Positions 26,126-39,327 of a DNA stretch of 64,000 nucleotides are shown here, piece by piece. This DNA comes from Octopus sinensis. Its lineage: Eukaryota. Under the pieces are notes generated by a model. That model was given only the letters and a program-made list of their open reading frames with translations, did no database searches and had not been told where the DNA came from. Location of the stretch: NCBI RefSeq assembly GCF_006345805.1, contig NC_042997.1, positions 52,390,001 through 52,454,000 on the forward strand. Reading direction: 5' to 3'. Made by a program: the position numbers and the translations under genes. Position 1 is the stretch's first letter; each line of letters opens with the position of its first letter.

Positions 26126-28334
26126 ACAGAAGCATATGGAGTGGAAATGATATTGTGAAAAATTCAAGTTTTTCTCGGGGTTATAAGCAATGTAACTGTT
26201 AGATTTGTTACCTAGTGTTAATGGCTGACTTTTATATCTACTGACAATGTCATGATATTGTTAATGGTAAGTCTTCTAGCTTTGTAATCTTTCAGTCCTT
26301 CTGTGTCTCATCTCTACCAATAGATGCCGAATGAGATAATCAAGCTAGATTATCATCTGCAATTCACACCTGTGTCTAATTACATACTTCAATATCACAA
26401 ACCTGCATGGATTATTATAATATTGCTGGATTATTAGTAGATTAGAGTACCTTTTTCTTGTCTAAATAAGAGGTGGAAGTACTGTTTTCATGCCATGGGT
26501 GAATTGCAAGTGCCTCATGTGGGAAGACATATCTGTAATGAGAAAAATAATGAATGTTCAATTTCATAAATTCATAGGCATAATACAAAATTGTACTAAG
26601 CAACTTTAATTAAAATTTTATAATTAGCTAGATACTTTATAGAGTATTTAGATCTTAAAAGCTTGATTCATTTTTTTTTTTTTCCTAAATGGATTTGTGG
26701 ATAACTTTGTCACTGGGGCAATTCAAAATTTTACTGTGGGCATAATTTTAACCTGCAGGCAAAGTTCACATGATCCAGAAAGCACTATAATAGTTTGTCA
26801 GGTAAGCTGCTTATTGGCTGCATAATTTAAGTGAAATGCATATTCACTGATGCAGAACTCTGATTCATAGAAATAAGTCAGCTGAACGAATGTTTTTACA
26901 ACTTAAGCGCAGTACCACAGTCCATTCTCTGTTGAAAACATCATATTGTTTCTAGCAGACAACCTATTTTTATGTAGCTGCTGCTCACGTTTTACTCTTT
27001 AGGATTTAACATTAGGAGAAAAAAAATCTTTTTTAAATAACTTATTTCAATGACTCATGCAAATTGTCGAAATGCCATTCAACATATACTAGCATGGAAA
27101 TCATAGATTTATGCTTTTATATTAAAGCTATCAGTTTTAATTAGCTCCTCTGCTCTGCTTCTTTTTTTTAATTCCCTCTCTGCCTCTCCCTCCGTTCAAT
27201 ATCTATCAGCTCCCTATAGAAAAGACATCTAAATAGAGAAAACTTTGGTGAAGTAAAAATGTTTGAGCTAATCTTGAGAGAAAAATGAAATTGTTTGCTT
27301 TCAACAAGAAATGTATGTTTATTTAAACCTTTGTGGAGTTTTGGCTATCATAATTACAGACGAAAAAGAAAAAGTAAAATTATCAGAGAAACTTCATCTA
27401 AAAATAAATATATAAAAAATTAAGTTCTGATATATGTTGATCACAACGAAGTGAATGATATAAGTGTTGGTATTATTCTAATGTTATTTAATTTTTGTGC
27501 AGTTGTTTATCCAGTGGTTTGCTTTTGGCTGGATATTTTCAACTAGCTAATTATTTCTATGAAGCAGCTATTCACCAGAGAGATATATCTCTTATATGAT
27601 ACTGTGTTTGTCAGATTATCAACCATCAGGAATAAATAGATGAAGGAGATAACTTTGTGATAAATTTGCAAACTGGATCCAACAGTTATGGTCTAATGGT
27701 GCACTATGTGTTTGAGAGAGAGAGAGAGACTCTGTGGATGTCTGGTTATATGGGTGAGTATATGTTTGTAAGAAGGAAGATATATATGAGAGAGAGAGAG
27801 AGAAAGAGAGGTTGTGTGTTTGTGTGATGGAGGTGAGCAGTTATGTATTTATAAAAGAGTTTGGAAATGCGTGTGTCTGTGGACAGTGTAATAAGTGTCT
27901 ATGCATTATCTATGTGTGTATAACATGTATCAATGTATGTGTGTGTATGCGCACACATACACACACATCATGTTCAATGCATTGTTCAGATAGAAAGACT
28001 GACCTAATCAAGAAAAGTCATGACAGCTGCCATTTTAACAGAAGAACCGCCCATTCCATTATTAATTATACTGACATTGATGGATGTCCCCAACCAAATT
28101 TACCTTACTTATAACTCATAGTGGTACTTTACACTATGAGCAAAGTTTCCTCTTCCCTTTTCTCATAATGTTTTTATTAAATCATCATTCTTCATACTTC
28201 CTACACTTTATTATCTGTATTCATCTGTAATATTTTCGCCTTTGTCCTTGTCTTTGTTCATCTCTGTAAGTTTCTGACACCTACACAACCATGTACAGAT
28301 CTTTAAGGAAAGTGTGTGTGTGTGTGTGTGTGTG

Positions 28335-28429
<95 letters not shown>

Positions 28430-28689
28430 GAGATGCATGGTTAAATTATAAAACACTGTATTGAGCGAATATAGTGAAACTGGATGGGTTGCAGAACCTC
28501 TTCAGGAGTTAGTAAAATGCTTGTAGCAAAGTACCCAATGATGTGGGTTGTACTTAAGGAAAAGAGGTGAATATATTTTACAAGGCTTCTAAGAAAAGTT
28601 ACATTACTTCTTGGATAGTCTATTTGTATATGTTAAATCTAGTTGACTCTTTTGCTATTATTTTTCTTTTGAAGTACATCTTTTACTTC

Positions 28690-29075
28690 TTTCAGTCACT
28701 GAATTTCAGCCATGCTTGGAGTATTGCCTTGAAGGGTTTTATTCAAATGAATTGACCCAGGACTTATTTCTAAAAGTCTAGTGCTTATTCTATTGGTCTG
28801 TTTTGCCAAACCACTAAGTTACCGAGACAAAGACAAACCAACAACAGTTGTCAAAAGGTAGTGGGAGGACAGATATAAACATGTACCACACACACATACA
28901 CACACACACAAGCACACAACAGATTACTTTCAGTTTCCATCTCCCAATTCCACTCACAAAACTTTGGTGAACCTAAAGGTGTAGTAGAAGACACTTGTCC
29001 AAAGTGTCGCACAGTTGGATTGAACTGGGAACAGTGTTGCTGGGAAGCAAACTTCTTACTACACTGCCATACTTT
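28690..29075 (-). mobile_element. SINE family A, near full length, degenerate
   Basis: Colinear with 38100-38495. Confidence 0.8.
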
Positions 29076-29380
29076 CACCCATATACTGCCTTTGATACAA
29101 TTAATTTTTAATCTAATGAAAAATAATTAGTAAAATAATTTTCATTTTTAAGCTGGTGTTTAGAACATAAAATTAGCTTGAAATTTTGATAGCAGGTTTA
29201 ATTCAAATTTGAAGCTAGCACTTTTAAACAAGCAGTGTGTATCAGAGAAATCTTACCTGCATTACCTATAATTAGGATGTGTATGTGTGTATTTTCTGGG
29301 TGTGACATTAAGCTGCATCTGGAGGTGAGGCTCCATTCTGAGAGCTTTGGAGTTGTGGGTAGCATGGAGTCATCCCTTAA

Positions 29381-29602
29381 CCCTTTCATTACCATATTTA
29401 TTTTGAGATGCTCTGTGTTTCTTTCAATTAATTTTAAATATAACAATGAATTTAGTAAAATAACGTAGTTATCATTGAGCTAGTGTTAGTAACATAGATT
29501 GTGACTAAGGTTTGGTGGAAGATTTTAATTCAAAACTTATGGAAATGAGACATTTGTACTACAGAGCCAGAGGCAGTTTCAGCCGGGTTGGTATCGAAAG
29601 GG
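29381..29602. mobile_element. piggyBac-like MITE family 1 (222 bp)
   Basis: TTAA flanks, CCCTTTC…GAAAGGG termini, and an interior matching 18173-18392. Confidence 0.88.
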
Positions 29603-29894
29603 TTAATAGCTGTTACTCCCAGGTTTGCTCTGACCCAGAATAGTAGAACCTATCAACAACCCATCTCCTGTCTATGGGTTAAATAGATTTCCCCAAGGTA
29701 GAGAAGGCTCCTGATATTTTTGGTAAAGCCATGTGGAAGGCAGCTTGTAGGGGAAAGATATTCTGATATAAAACTTGCAGGCAAAATAGTAAACAGCCAG
29801 CTTGCAATGCTTGTCATTGGAATCTACTATGACAACCAAGAGAGTGGCAGAAGTGTTGAACAAGCATTTGTCACTTAAGTCCAATAATGTACAA

Positions 29895-30240
29895 ATGTCT
29901 CATCATCATCATCATTGTTCGACCGTGGTCGAGACAATGGAATTTACCACGCTACGCCAGACTTCACGGTCCATCATGGCATTACGGAGGTCCTGTTGCT
30001 GGATGCCTGTATCCCTGGAGATTACATCAGGGTAGGAGAGTGTGCACCCTCTGGTATTGTGAGTAGATGGCTTCCAGAGGAGAAGAGTAGAAATGACCTC
30101 TTTTTCAGCTCTACAACAATGTCCAGCAAACTGGACTCTCTTACCTTTCACAAGAGATGACGCAGGTGGTAGTTTCCCATATATTTGAATTTTGGTTGGA
30201 TGGCGCTTCTTTATAGTTTCTCTCTGCTCGTACATGACTC
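29895..30240 (-). mobile_element. 3' end of a second RTE-like (RTE-X type) LINE with (GAT)n tail
   Basis: ORF reads HPTKIQIYGKLP…RVQFAGHCCRAEKEVISTLLLWKP…YPDVISRDTG…LRNAMMDREVWR, a typical non-LTR RT C-terminus. Confidence 0.8.
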
Positions 30241-30253
30241 TATTCACAAGTAT

Positions 30254-30313
30254 TGTTCATAGTCGGCCCCTCCTTGATTTTTCTCAAAGTCAAGGAGGGG
30301 CCAACTATGAACA
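30254..30313. other. GC-rich 24-bp stem hairpin with a 12-nt loop
   Basis: tgttcatagtcggcccctccttga pairs with tcaaggaggggccaactatgaaca (1 mismatch). Confidence 0.9.
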
Positions 30314-30682
30314 GTGTTCGCGAGTTCCATCAACAACATAGCAGACATTTGAACTCTCTTTGACCGATCGTTCTTCATCTCACTTTACAAAAGCAGTAGT
30401 TGCTGCTACAGCTATTACTACTGCTGCTACCAGAATTTACTGCTGCTACTACTACTGCTACAATTAGAAACATACAAGTTTGAATGACACCGAGATGCCC
30501 CCCCCCCCCGTGTCTGAATTATACCGGTGACACCAATGAAAAATCCCTTTCTTTTTCTTTGTTGGGAGAAAAGAGAATTTACAGTAAAAACAAACCCTCA
30601 GCCCTCCCTCCAGGGTGTAAATTACAAATGTCTCGCTATTACGCGATACGGCTATCATTTGACAAGATGAGGTAATCATCAT

Positions 30683-30748
30683 ATATGTGTGTGTATATAT
30701 ATATATATATATATCTATATATATATACATACATATATATATATATAT

Positions 30749-30791
<43 letters not shown>

Positions 30792-30806
30792 CATATATAA
30801 TATATA

Positions 30807-30867
<61 letters not shown>

Positions 30868-30931
30868 CATATATATATATATATAATATATATATATATA
30901 CATACATATATATACACATATATATACACAT

Positions 30932-30990
<59 letters not shown>
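30683..30990. repeat. Long compound (TA)n/(CA) microsatellite
   Basis: Direct inspection. It explains the YIYI ORFs. Confidence 0.97.
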
Positions 30991-30994
<4 letters not shown>

Positions 30995-31484
30995 TACACT
31001 ATAGTTATTGTTAATTTTTATGCATATGTTTCTATTAGTGTGACTATTACACCACCTTACTATGCAGCAATGTGCAACTCTGTTTATATGTTTCCATGCA
31101 AACACACATGCTTACATAGATATGTGTGTGTGTATGTATGGAATGGATGCACACACTCACACAAATAGATAAATAAATGTAAACATTTAATGAGAACACA
31201 AACTAGAAAGGTCTGTCAGTGGTATGGATGAACTATGCAATATAAAATACAATTTTTTTTTCTTTTTCTGTTTTTTTCTTATTATTCTGTTAACATCTAT
31301 CAACTGAAATCAATGAAAGTACATAAAAATCTACTCAGAATATATTTGATCTCTATGCAGTACAAAAAAGAAAACACATTAAACAGATTTTAGGCACTTC
31401 ATGTTTGTATGTGTATGTCTGAGTATGTGTCCATACTCAGACATAATATATATGTATATGTGTGTATGTGTGTGTAGGTATGTA

Positions 31485-31522
<38 letters not shown>

Positions 31523-33454
31523 AGTTTGTATGTGTATATCTATGTATGTATGAGTATAGGTGTGTGTTTTATTTAGTGTGTCTATATATGTGTGTGTATT
31601 TACGCACAGACATCCACATGATTTAGCTCCATCACATCAAATGAATCAATACATCTTACTATTACTAATCAATATGTCTTTCATAACAAACTAACTTTAT
31701 TTATGTCCATATTTAAAGGTCTGAGAAATAAATGGCTTTGAATGTTTTCAATAACAAAACCATTTGTTATTATTGTTTGTAACTCTTATGTACTACATGA
31801 GTATCAGCGCTCCTGAATATTACTCAGTAAAACTCTAATACAGTAAGCTTCTGCTTACATTTTCTACATAGAATATTTCTTATTCTGATTGCACATGTAT
31901 TATGGACTTCATCATTATCATCATCATCATTTTCATCATTATCATCATCATCATCAAATGTCCTTTTTCTATGCTGGCATGAGTTCTGCAATTATAATGT
32001 AAAGAATTCATAGAAAAGTACTTGCATCAATAATACACTAGTATCTATATTTGCACAAACCATCCCATTAATTTTCATAATTAGATGTCAAATAATAAAA
32101 ACAACTGCTAAATTCCATCACAAAGCCTTCATTGGTCCTCTTGGCCATTTGTATTATTAGTCTTTATTAGTCATCAGTATTCATTAGCCCTCATTAATTT
32201 TTGGTACTCATTTATGATGATGATGATGATGTTTCTTTTTGGATACTCAATGGTCTTAATTGCTCTTTGATAGTTATTAGCCCTTATTACTCTTTGATGC
32301 TCATTAGTCCCCCTTCCTCTGATGCTTATCAGTATTCATTGCTCATTGGGACTCATTAGACTTCTTTAGTTTTTGGTGCTCATAAGAAACTCTGTTACTA
32401 TTTGGTGTTCATTTATCTTCATTGTTCTTTAGTATTCCATTGCTTCTTGGTATTCATTACTCACTTGTCTTCATTGTTCATTGGTACTCAACAGACCTGT
32501 ATTCAAAAGGCACTCCATCTGTGCCATTGCACCTTGTTTTTAGATATAGCATGATTTAAGGAGATTTGGCTTCTATTTTCCACAGATCAAAACACCCCGT
32601 TTAGACTCTTAATTGGTGTTATGAGTTTAGTATAGGGTGTTATTGTGAATCAACTTTCATATTCAAATGGTTTCTGTTGTTGGGGTAAGTGCATTTTATA
32701 TCCAGGTCCCTTTGAGACAATACTGATCATCATAAAATATAATCTAATTCAAATAATTGGATCTGCGGAAACTGGTGAGTTTGAATAAGTTTGTATGTTG
32801 TAAGAAGAGAAATCTGTTGTCTCAGGGTCTTTTTTCTCTTCCTGAAAAGAATGGACAGCCTCAAAAAGTCAGATTTCTCATCTCATCATGGTATACAAAC
32901 TTATCCAAACTCAAATGTCACTGACGCATATAAAGATAACAACTGAAATACTCAGCAGAAATCAGTGGAAGTTGTAAGGTTTGAACTCATTACCTCATTA
33001 CCAATATGTCTTTGTATGAAATATATTTTAATTCTTGTAATAATGAAAAATATCTACCATGCCCAATTACCTCTATCTCAGCTTCTGAAGTGCAACTTGT
33101 ATGAACACGTGTTTTATGCAATGACCTGACACGTGTTTTATGCAGTCACCTGAAATATCAGCACAGCAGATGAGAAAAGAGAAGCGACAAAATACTTGGA
33201 AAGGAGGACTAGTCAACAATGGCTATAATAACTCTTATGTATGAGAGTAAAGCAACTTAAAAATGATTTACAACTTTCTGTTACATTACTGGTAGGAATC
33301 AGAGAAATGATGGTGGTGCTGATGCTGGTGATGGATTGTGTATGTGTGTGTTTTATATAGTGTTTGGTCTGAATGAAGAGGTTGTGCCCATGACTTTTGC
33401 AGTTCCTCTAAAACCAGTGAGGTCAATGTAGCTGATGTTCCTCTTAAACAGCTG

Positions 33455-33835
33455 ATCATCATCATCATCATCGTTTAATGTCCGTTTTCCATACTAGCAT
33501 GGGTTGGACGGTTCGACCGGGGTCTGGGAAGCCAGGAGGCTGCCCCAGGCTCCAATTTGATCAGGCAGTGTTTCTACAGCTGGATGTCCTTCCTAACGCC
33601 AACCACTCCGTGAGTGTAGAGCGTGCTTTTTACGTGCCACCGGCACAGGTGCCAGGGGAGGCTGGCAGTGGCCACGATCAGTTGGTGCTTTTTATGTGCC
33701 ACTGGCACGGAAGCCAGTCAAGGCGGCGCTGGCATCAGCCACGTTTGGATGGTGCTTTTTATGTACCACCAGCACAGGTAACACAACTACAATTTCCATT
33801 TGATATTTATTTTGATGTTGATGTACTTGACTGCT
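33455..33835 (-). mobile_element. RTE 3' UTR with internal repeats and (GAT)n tail
   Basis: Same family as 23014-23263 and 53340-53656. Confidence 0.85.
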
Positions 33836-35128
33836 AGAAAAACATGGGCAAAGAATTCTAGCATTTATGAAATCACAATTATGAAAATTACAATTATTTG
33901 CTTAAATGATAAAGTATATTCCATGAATTATTGATATACAGATACATAATTTTTTTCAAATATACTTTCAGAATTCTTTACAATTTGAATAATTTTCATG
34001 ATTTTCTCTAGATATCAAGCCTCCTTTTAAAAAGAGATGTGCCCAGTTTCACCATCATACCTCTGAGGATTTGAACTCAGATATATGTTGCATGAAAGTA
34101 AATCTAATGTACCTTGTCAAATGCTTAAATGCCATCTCCTACCACCGTCCTATCTTAATATTAAGAGAAACATTTGTCTAAAAGATAATATTAAGTTTAT
34201 ATTTAAGGATAATTTTTTTTAATGTAAGCATTGTTTCTTTTATAATTTTTTTTTTAGTTTTTTGGTTTTACTACAGTTGATCTTTATTTACTTTGATAAC
34301 TATTTCTTAATATTATCATCTTTTACAAGAATCTTTGAATAACTTGTAAGCATTTGTCTCCTTGATACTGATTTCTTTTCTTCTTAAACCTACCGTTCAG
34401 CTGTTGTAGATTAGCTTAGTTTATTTAGCTGAATTATGTAGATGGTATCTGCTTTTATAGAAATACCATTGCTCATTGGCTCCTTGGTACATATCACATG
34501 CCACATACGTTTCTAGTAAAATAAGAAATGTCTGCACATCATGCAGAACTGCTTGTATGTATCGGAAGATTTAGATTGAATTCTCTGTTTTTACTGACAT
34601 ATAGTATTTCTGTTATGGTGTGTTATGTGTGGTTTTATCTTTTCTGATAGCTCTTATGACCTATCAGCCTTAAACTAAATCTTAAAGCTATTCACTGCAT
34701 GTTTGCTTTGCAATACTTAGCTTCTATCACTAAAAAAACTCTAGATAACTATAAGTAGCCTTAGATTTAATGTAAAACAGTAGAATATACAGAAACTAGT
34801 GATATTTTATGTTGCTAAAACATAATACAAATAGTTCAAACAGTAGCCACTGTTTAAACTATTGGAAAACCAATGTTTTTATGAAATTCAACTTGTTATG
34901 TATAAATGCATAGTATCAAACAGATAAAAAGCATTATTTTACAGTAACAATATTTGATAAATGTTTCCACAAGGCACATACGATTCTAAGAGCTAGAACA
35001 TATTTAGTAGTGAACTCTGAGTAAATAACAAATCTCTTCATGGATAGGGTGCTAACCTATTTAAAGTAACATTCCCAGAGGACCTGGTAACTATTTCTGA
35101 TTTGTGCATATAAAATTGTGTTACTCAA

Positions 35129-35533
35129 TCTATCTCTATATATAAATATATATATAAAGCTGAAGTTGTCTGTGTATGGCAGGTTTGGTAGCCTTCAACT
35201 AACACTATCTCCTCCGAGACCCTGCGGCGCAAGTTGACCAAAATTGAGAGTATGATAGAGGAAGGCTTGCTCTTCCTTCCGTAGAAGAAAAAATTCAAAT
35301 TGGTCCATGTTAAGACCAAAAATTATTTACATCAAAAAGGTGCTTTTTTGCTATGAAAATCCCTATTTTTTACCATTTTTTGACTGCTGTGTCGCCATTT
35401 TCTGTGTACTTCAACCAGAAAAATGTTCACTTAAAGAGAAAAACAAGCTACATAATGCAAAATTTTTACTTTTCAAAAATTCCAATTCTAAAGGGTCAAA
35501 ACAAACCGGAGCAACGCCGGGCGATACTGCTAG
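35129..35533 (+). mobile_element. Complete non-autonomous Helitron (405 bp)
   Basis: Starts A|TCTATCTCTATATATAAA and ends with the subterminal hairpin CCGG-AGCAACG-CCGG followed by CTAG|T. It is inserted in an AT dinucleotide with no TSD. Confidence 0.88.
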
Positions 35534-36832
35534 TAACATGATAAAATGCATGCAGCAAAAGATATGAACTCACAACTTATGAAGTGGGAGTTAAATACTT
35601 CAGCTATTTGACTATTTTACTTATTTTGGGTTTTTCAGTCCAAAAATATGTTACTGTATCTTTTCAAACAGCTGCAGTTATTAGATTTGATTTCACCATA
35701 TCATCATGGAAAATATTATATTGTCTGTCAAGAATACCATTTTACTTTCATGTAGTAGGTGTCCCTGCACAGTTTTCAGTCAGTAAAATTGCAGCATCGC
35801 TCTGTGTTCTTTCACAAAAATCTTATATCTTTCTAGTCCTTGTAAGAACTAGGGGTCACAGTTAGACCCTGCTTGGCTGATGAGGTCTAATACAACCAAA
35901 CGTTTCTATTTAAGCTTAATTAGATATTCTAATAATATTTTATACTCATCACTCTTCTGGGGGAATATTACATCAAATATACTTGTAGCATAGTCTACTG
36001 TGCTACATTTCAGCAAGCATATATAATTATGTAAATTGCATTCCTTTTTAGTACACAACATAGAGGATATTACAGAATTTGAACTCTTGGTTTTCTCCTT
36101 ACATTTTGAATCAGAATACACTATCCAGTGGAGCTGTTGAGGTTTTACATTAAAATTAAGTGGCTGATATCTTAACTTTCTGTTATTACTATAGAATTCA
36201 GCTAGGTATTTAGTTTGTAATGGTTGAATATTTTATTAACCATCTAATTACTCAACATATTTAGTTGCCTTCTTGGAAACCGTATATTTCCCCGAGAGGT
36301 TTGTGTGAAGTTGTGCTAAAATTCACAGGTAAATTGTTAAATCTTCAAAAGACAATGATACATAAAGTGTGTTAGTACCAACCATCATCATACTTATAAA
36401 TTATGAATGTGAATTTGTAAGTATGTGTGTAAAAGTGCACACATGCATGCTTTTGTGTGTGTGTGTGTGTATGCATGGATGTATGCATATATATGTGTGT
36501 GTGTGTGTGCTTTTGTGTGCAATTCTCTAAAACTTCTGCTTTAGTAGAAGATACAAAACAAATTATGATGAAGATTGTGTTGTAATGATACCAGGAAAAA
36601 GAAATATTGTGCATTGCCCAATGCTAGTACAGGTCAACAACTCTCTCTCTCTCTCTCTCTCTCAGTTTTATGAAACAAGTGAAATGTTTTGAAGTAGAAC
36701 ATTTATATTGTGAGTATAATTATGAATATTTACATAGATATGTAAAGATAAACATTCGTACATGCTACGACGAATTCTACGGTTGGCTATCGAGCTTGTA
36801 ATGTTATGTTTTCTCTTATATTTCTTGAGTTT

Positions 36833-36896
36833 GTTGCACTGACGAACATGAAATGCATATTCTGCATTAAATGCGAAATCACATGTGATATGTAAC
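36833..36896 (+). ncRNA. Type I hammerhead ribozyme motif (stem II closing pair A·C, possibly impaired)
   Basis: Stem I GTTGCA/TGTAAC, core CTGACGA, stem II CAT/ATG plus inner aatgca/tgcatt, GAAA, palindromic stem III ATCACATGTGAT, cleavage triplet AUA (36888-36890). Confidence 0.7.
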
Positions 36897-37035
36897 TGAA
36901 TTCTTTTTAAAATGATGTGTTTTGAAGTTTTGCATTCGGTAAAATTTTGTTTATTTTAGTAGTTTTGACCGCATTGGTCCCTCTTAGCGTGTTGGTATCT
37001 ACGAATAGTAGTACCCTCAATATAATACATATATA

Positions 37036-37076
<41 letters not shown>

Positions 37077-37311
37077 ACTCTCCCATTGTTAGACAACATA
37101 TGAGGGTTCGACAGTTTCTTAGCGAACAACCACACAGATGATTTGTTTATTGCGATCAAATGTTTGTATAGACTCCCTCCATCAGATCAACATTACCTGT
37201 ACAGTTGCAATGGGTGCCACATGTCAGATATCGAAATGATTGCAGAGCAAAGTGCTTTGCTCAAGAATACAACACAATGCCTGGTCTGGGAATCGAACCC
37301 ACAATCTCACA

Positions 37312-37345
<34 letters not shown>

Positions 37346-38099
37346 ATATATACAGTATGTTAGGAGTTTAACACAGTAAACTATAGTAATCTCAGATATC
37401 ACTAGTTATTTGTTGGGTGACCTTTAATTTCTACGTTTGTATATGTCCCCATGTGTTTATGTGTATAATTCAGTCAGCCAAAACTAAACTAGCTGAAGCT
37501 ATCAGTTTCATCAGATGTGAGCACTTTATATGAGCAAAGAAAAACATACAACCATTAGGGCTTCTCTCCTAGATTACCAGGATATTTGGCTAAAAATACA
37601 ATGTAGAATTCCCAGTGTTGTGTTATATTTCCCATAATTCCTGATCATATTTCAAAAACCAATTACATATTGCAAAACTCTTAAAGTACTCAGGTGGTTC
37701 AACGAGTGGTCTTTTTTTAATATCAATGCAATGTTTATTCATAATTACATTTTCTTAGAAACTAGTACAATTGAAGTAGATGAAACTCCTTTGAAAATGA
37801 TTGACTGAAAGGAAATAAATAGCCTTCTTCATGGAAAAACAAACTCAAAATGTAGAAGAAATAATTTCTGTACTAGTTGCTATCTTTACATGAATACAAT
37901 TGTTAAAAATGCTTTTATTGGGAATCTTTTTGCAGAAGTTTGGTTTACCAAAAACAAAAAAAAAGTTCTCATTTAATGCCGATAATTCAGATAATTCACT
38001 CTCCATATGACTTTAAAAAAATTTAATTTGTAATTAGTGAAATAATCACTAAAAGAAAAGTGAACTCTGAGAAAGTCAGTATTTCTATGGAATATACAT

Positions 38100-38495
38100 C
38101 TTTACTCTTTTACTTGTTTCAGTCATTTGACTGTGGCCATGCTGGAGCATCACCTTTTAGTCGAGCAAATCGACCCCAGGACTTATTCTTTGTAAGCCTA
38201 GTACTTACTCTATCGGTCTCTTTTGCCGAACCGCTAAGTTACGGGGACGTAAGCACACCAGCATCGGTTATCAAGCGATGTTGGGGGGACAGACACAAAC
38301 ACGCACACACATATATATATATATACACATATATACGACAGGCTTCTTTCAGTTTCCGTCTACCAAATCCACTCACAAGGCTTTGGTCGGCCCGAGGCTA
38401 TAGTAGAAGACACTTGCCCAAGGTGCCACGCAGTGGGACTGAACCCAGAACCATGTGGTTGGTTAGCAAGCTACTTACACAGCCACTCCTACGCC
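38100..38495 (-). mobile_element. Full-length tRNA-derived SINE family A
   Basis: Head ggcgtaggagTGGCTGTGT-AAG…GGTTCAGTCCC, central body, internal TA microsatellite and 3' tail …gactgaaacaagtaaaagagtaaaga. Confidence 0.9.
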
Positions 38496-39327
38496 TTTGT
38501 GTAATTTACATATTTACATTTAAATGTAAACACTCAGAATTTACAGATGAGTGCTCATATAAAGAATCATCAAAATTTTCAGAAATTTACCTGCTGAAAA
38601 AAGCTATTGAACTTTTACAGGCACACCTTTCTCAATGTAATCTCAATTTGAAAAAAATACACTTTAGTTGTAACTGGTGCCTTAGATGAATTTGGTAAGG
38701 ATACAAGTGCCAAATAGATTATATACATGGACCTTGTTTGGCTATTTGTGATGTTCTTTAATTTGACTAAGAATCCTTACAACCACAACATCAAGTTTGA
38801 ATGTGCATTGGAGGAGGATTAAAATGTAATTTTTCTATTATAAATGTGGTTAATAATTTTGTTGATTCTGCAGTAAATTGAACTTTGAATAGGCTACCTA
38901 TTGCAGAAAACTCCAGCCCTTCTAATAAAGAAAATATAAGCATTGGCAAATGTCATTAAAAAGAAGTGAGAGAAATTGCCAATTCATTTCAAGGTCTCCA
39001 ACTAAAAATTAAATATTTAATAAATATGCTAACCCTAGCAGCATACTTTTGCCCTGTTTCCAGAGTTCCCTTTGAAGTGCCCCCTAGATTAACACATGGG
39101 ACAGTCTCATACAACCACTTACAAAACTATAATTTTCCCAGCTTATTTCATTCTATTGTCCCTCGTTGCTGCAGAGGTAAATTATGTAGAACCAGACTAT
39201 GGCTCTACTGCAGGTGTGAGAGTATACAAATGACAATCCTTCTTGAATGCAAATGTGATTATCTGAGTGACTGGTGAAGTAAAGTTACACAAGAAAATTA
39301 TGTATATGGGTATGTGTGCATGCATGC

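Noticed and set aside
30464-31105. Long 213-aa ORF and overlapping YIYI ORFs (also at 56.2, 59.3 and 62.6 kb)
   Set aside because: Artefacts of stop-free (TA)n/(CA)n microsatellites.
38060-38689. 209-aa ORF
   Set aside because: It runs antisense through a SINE and has no protein-like motif.
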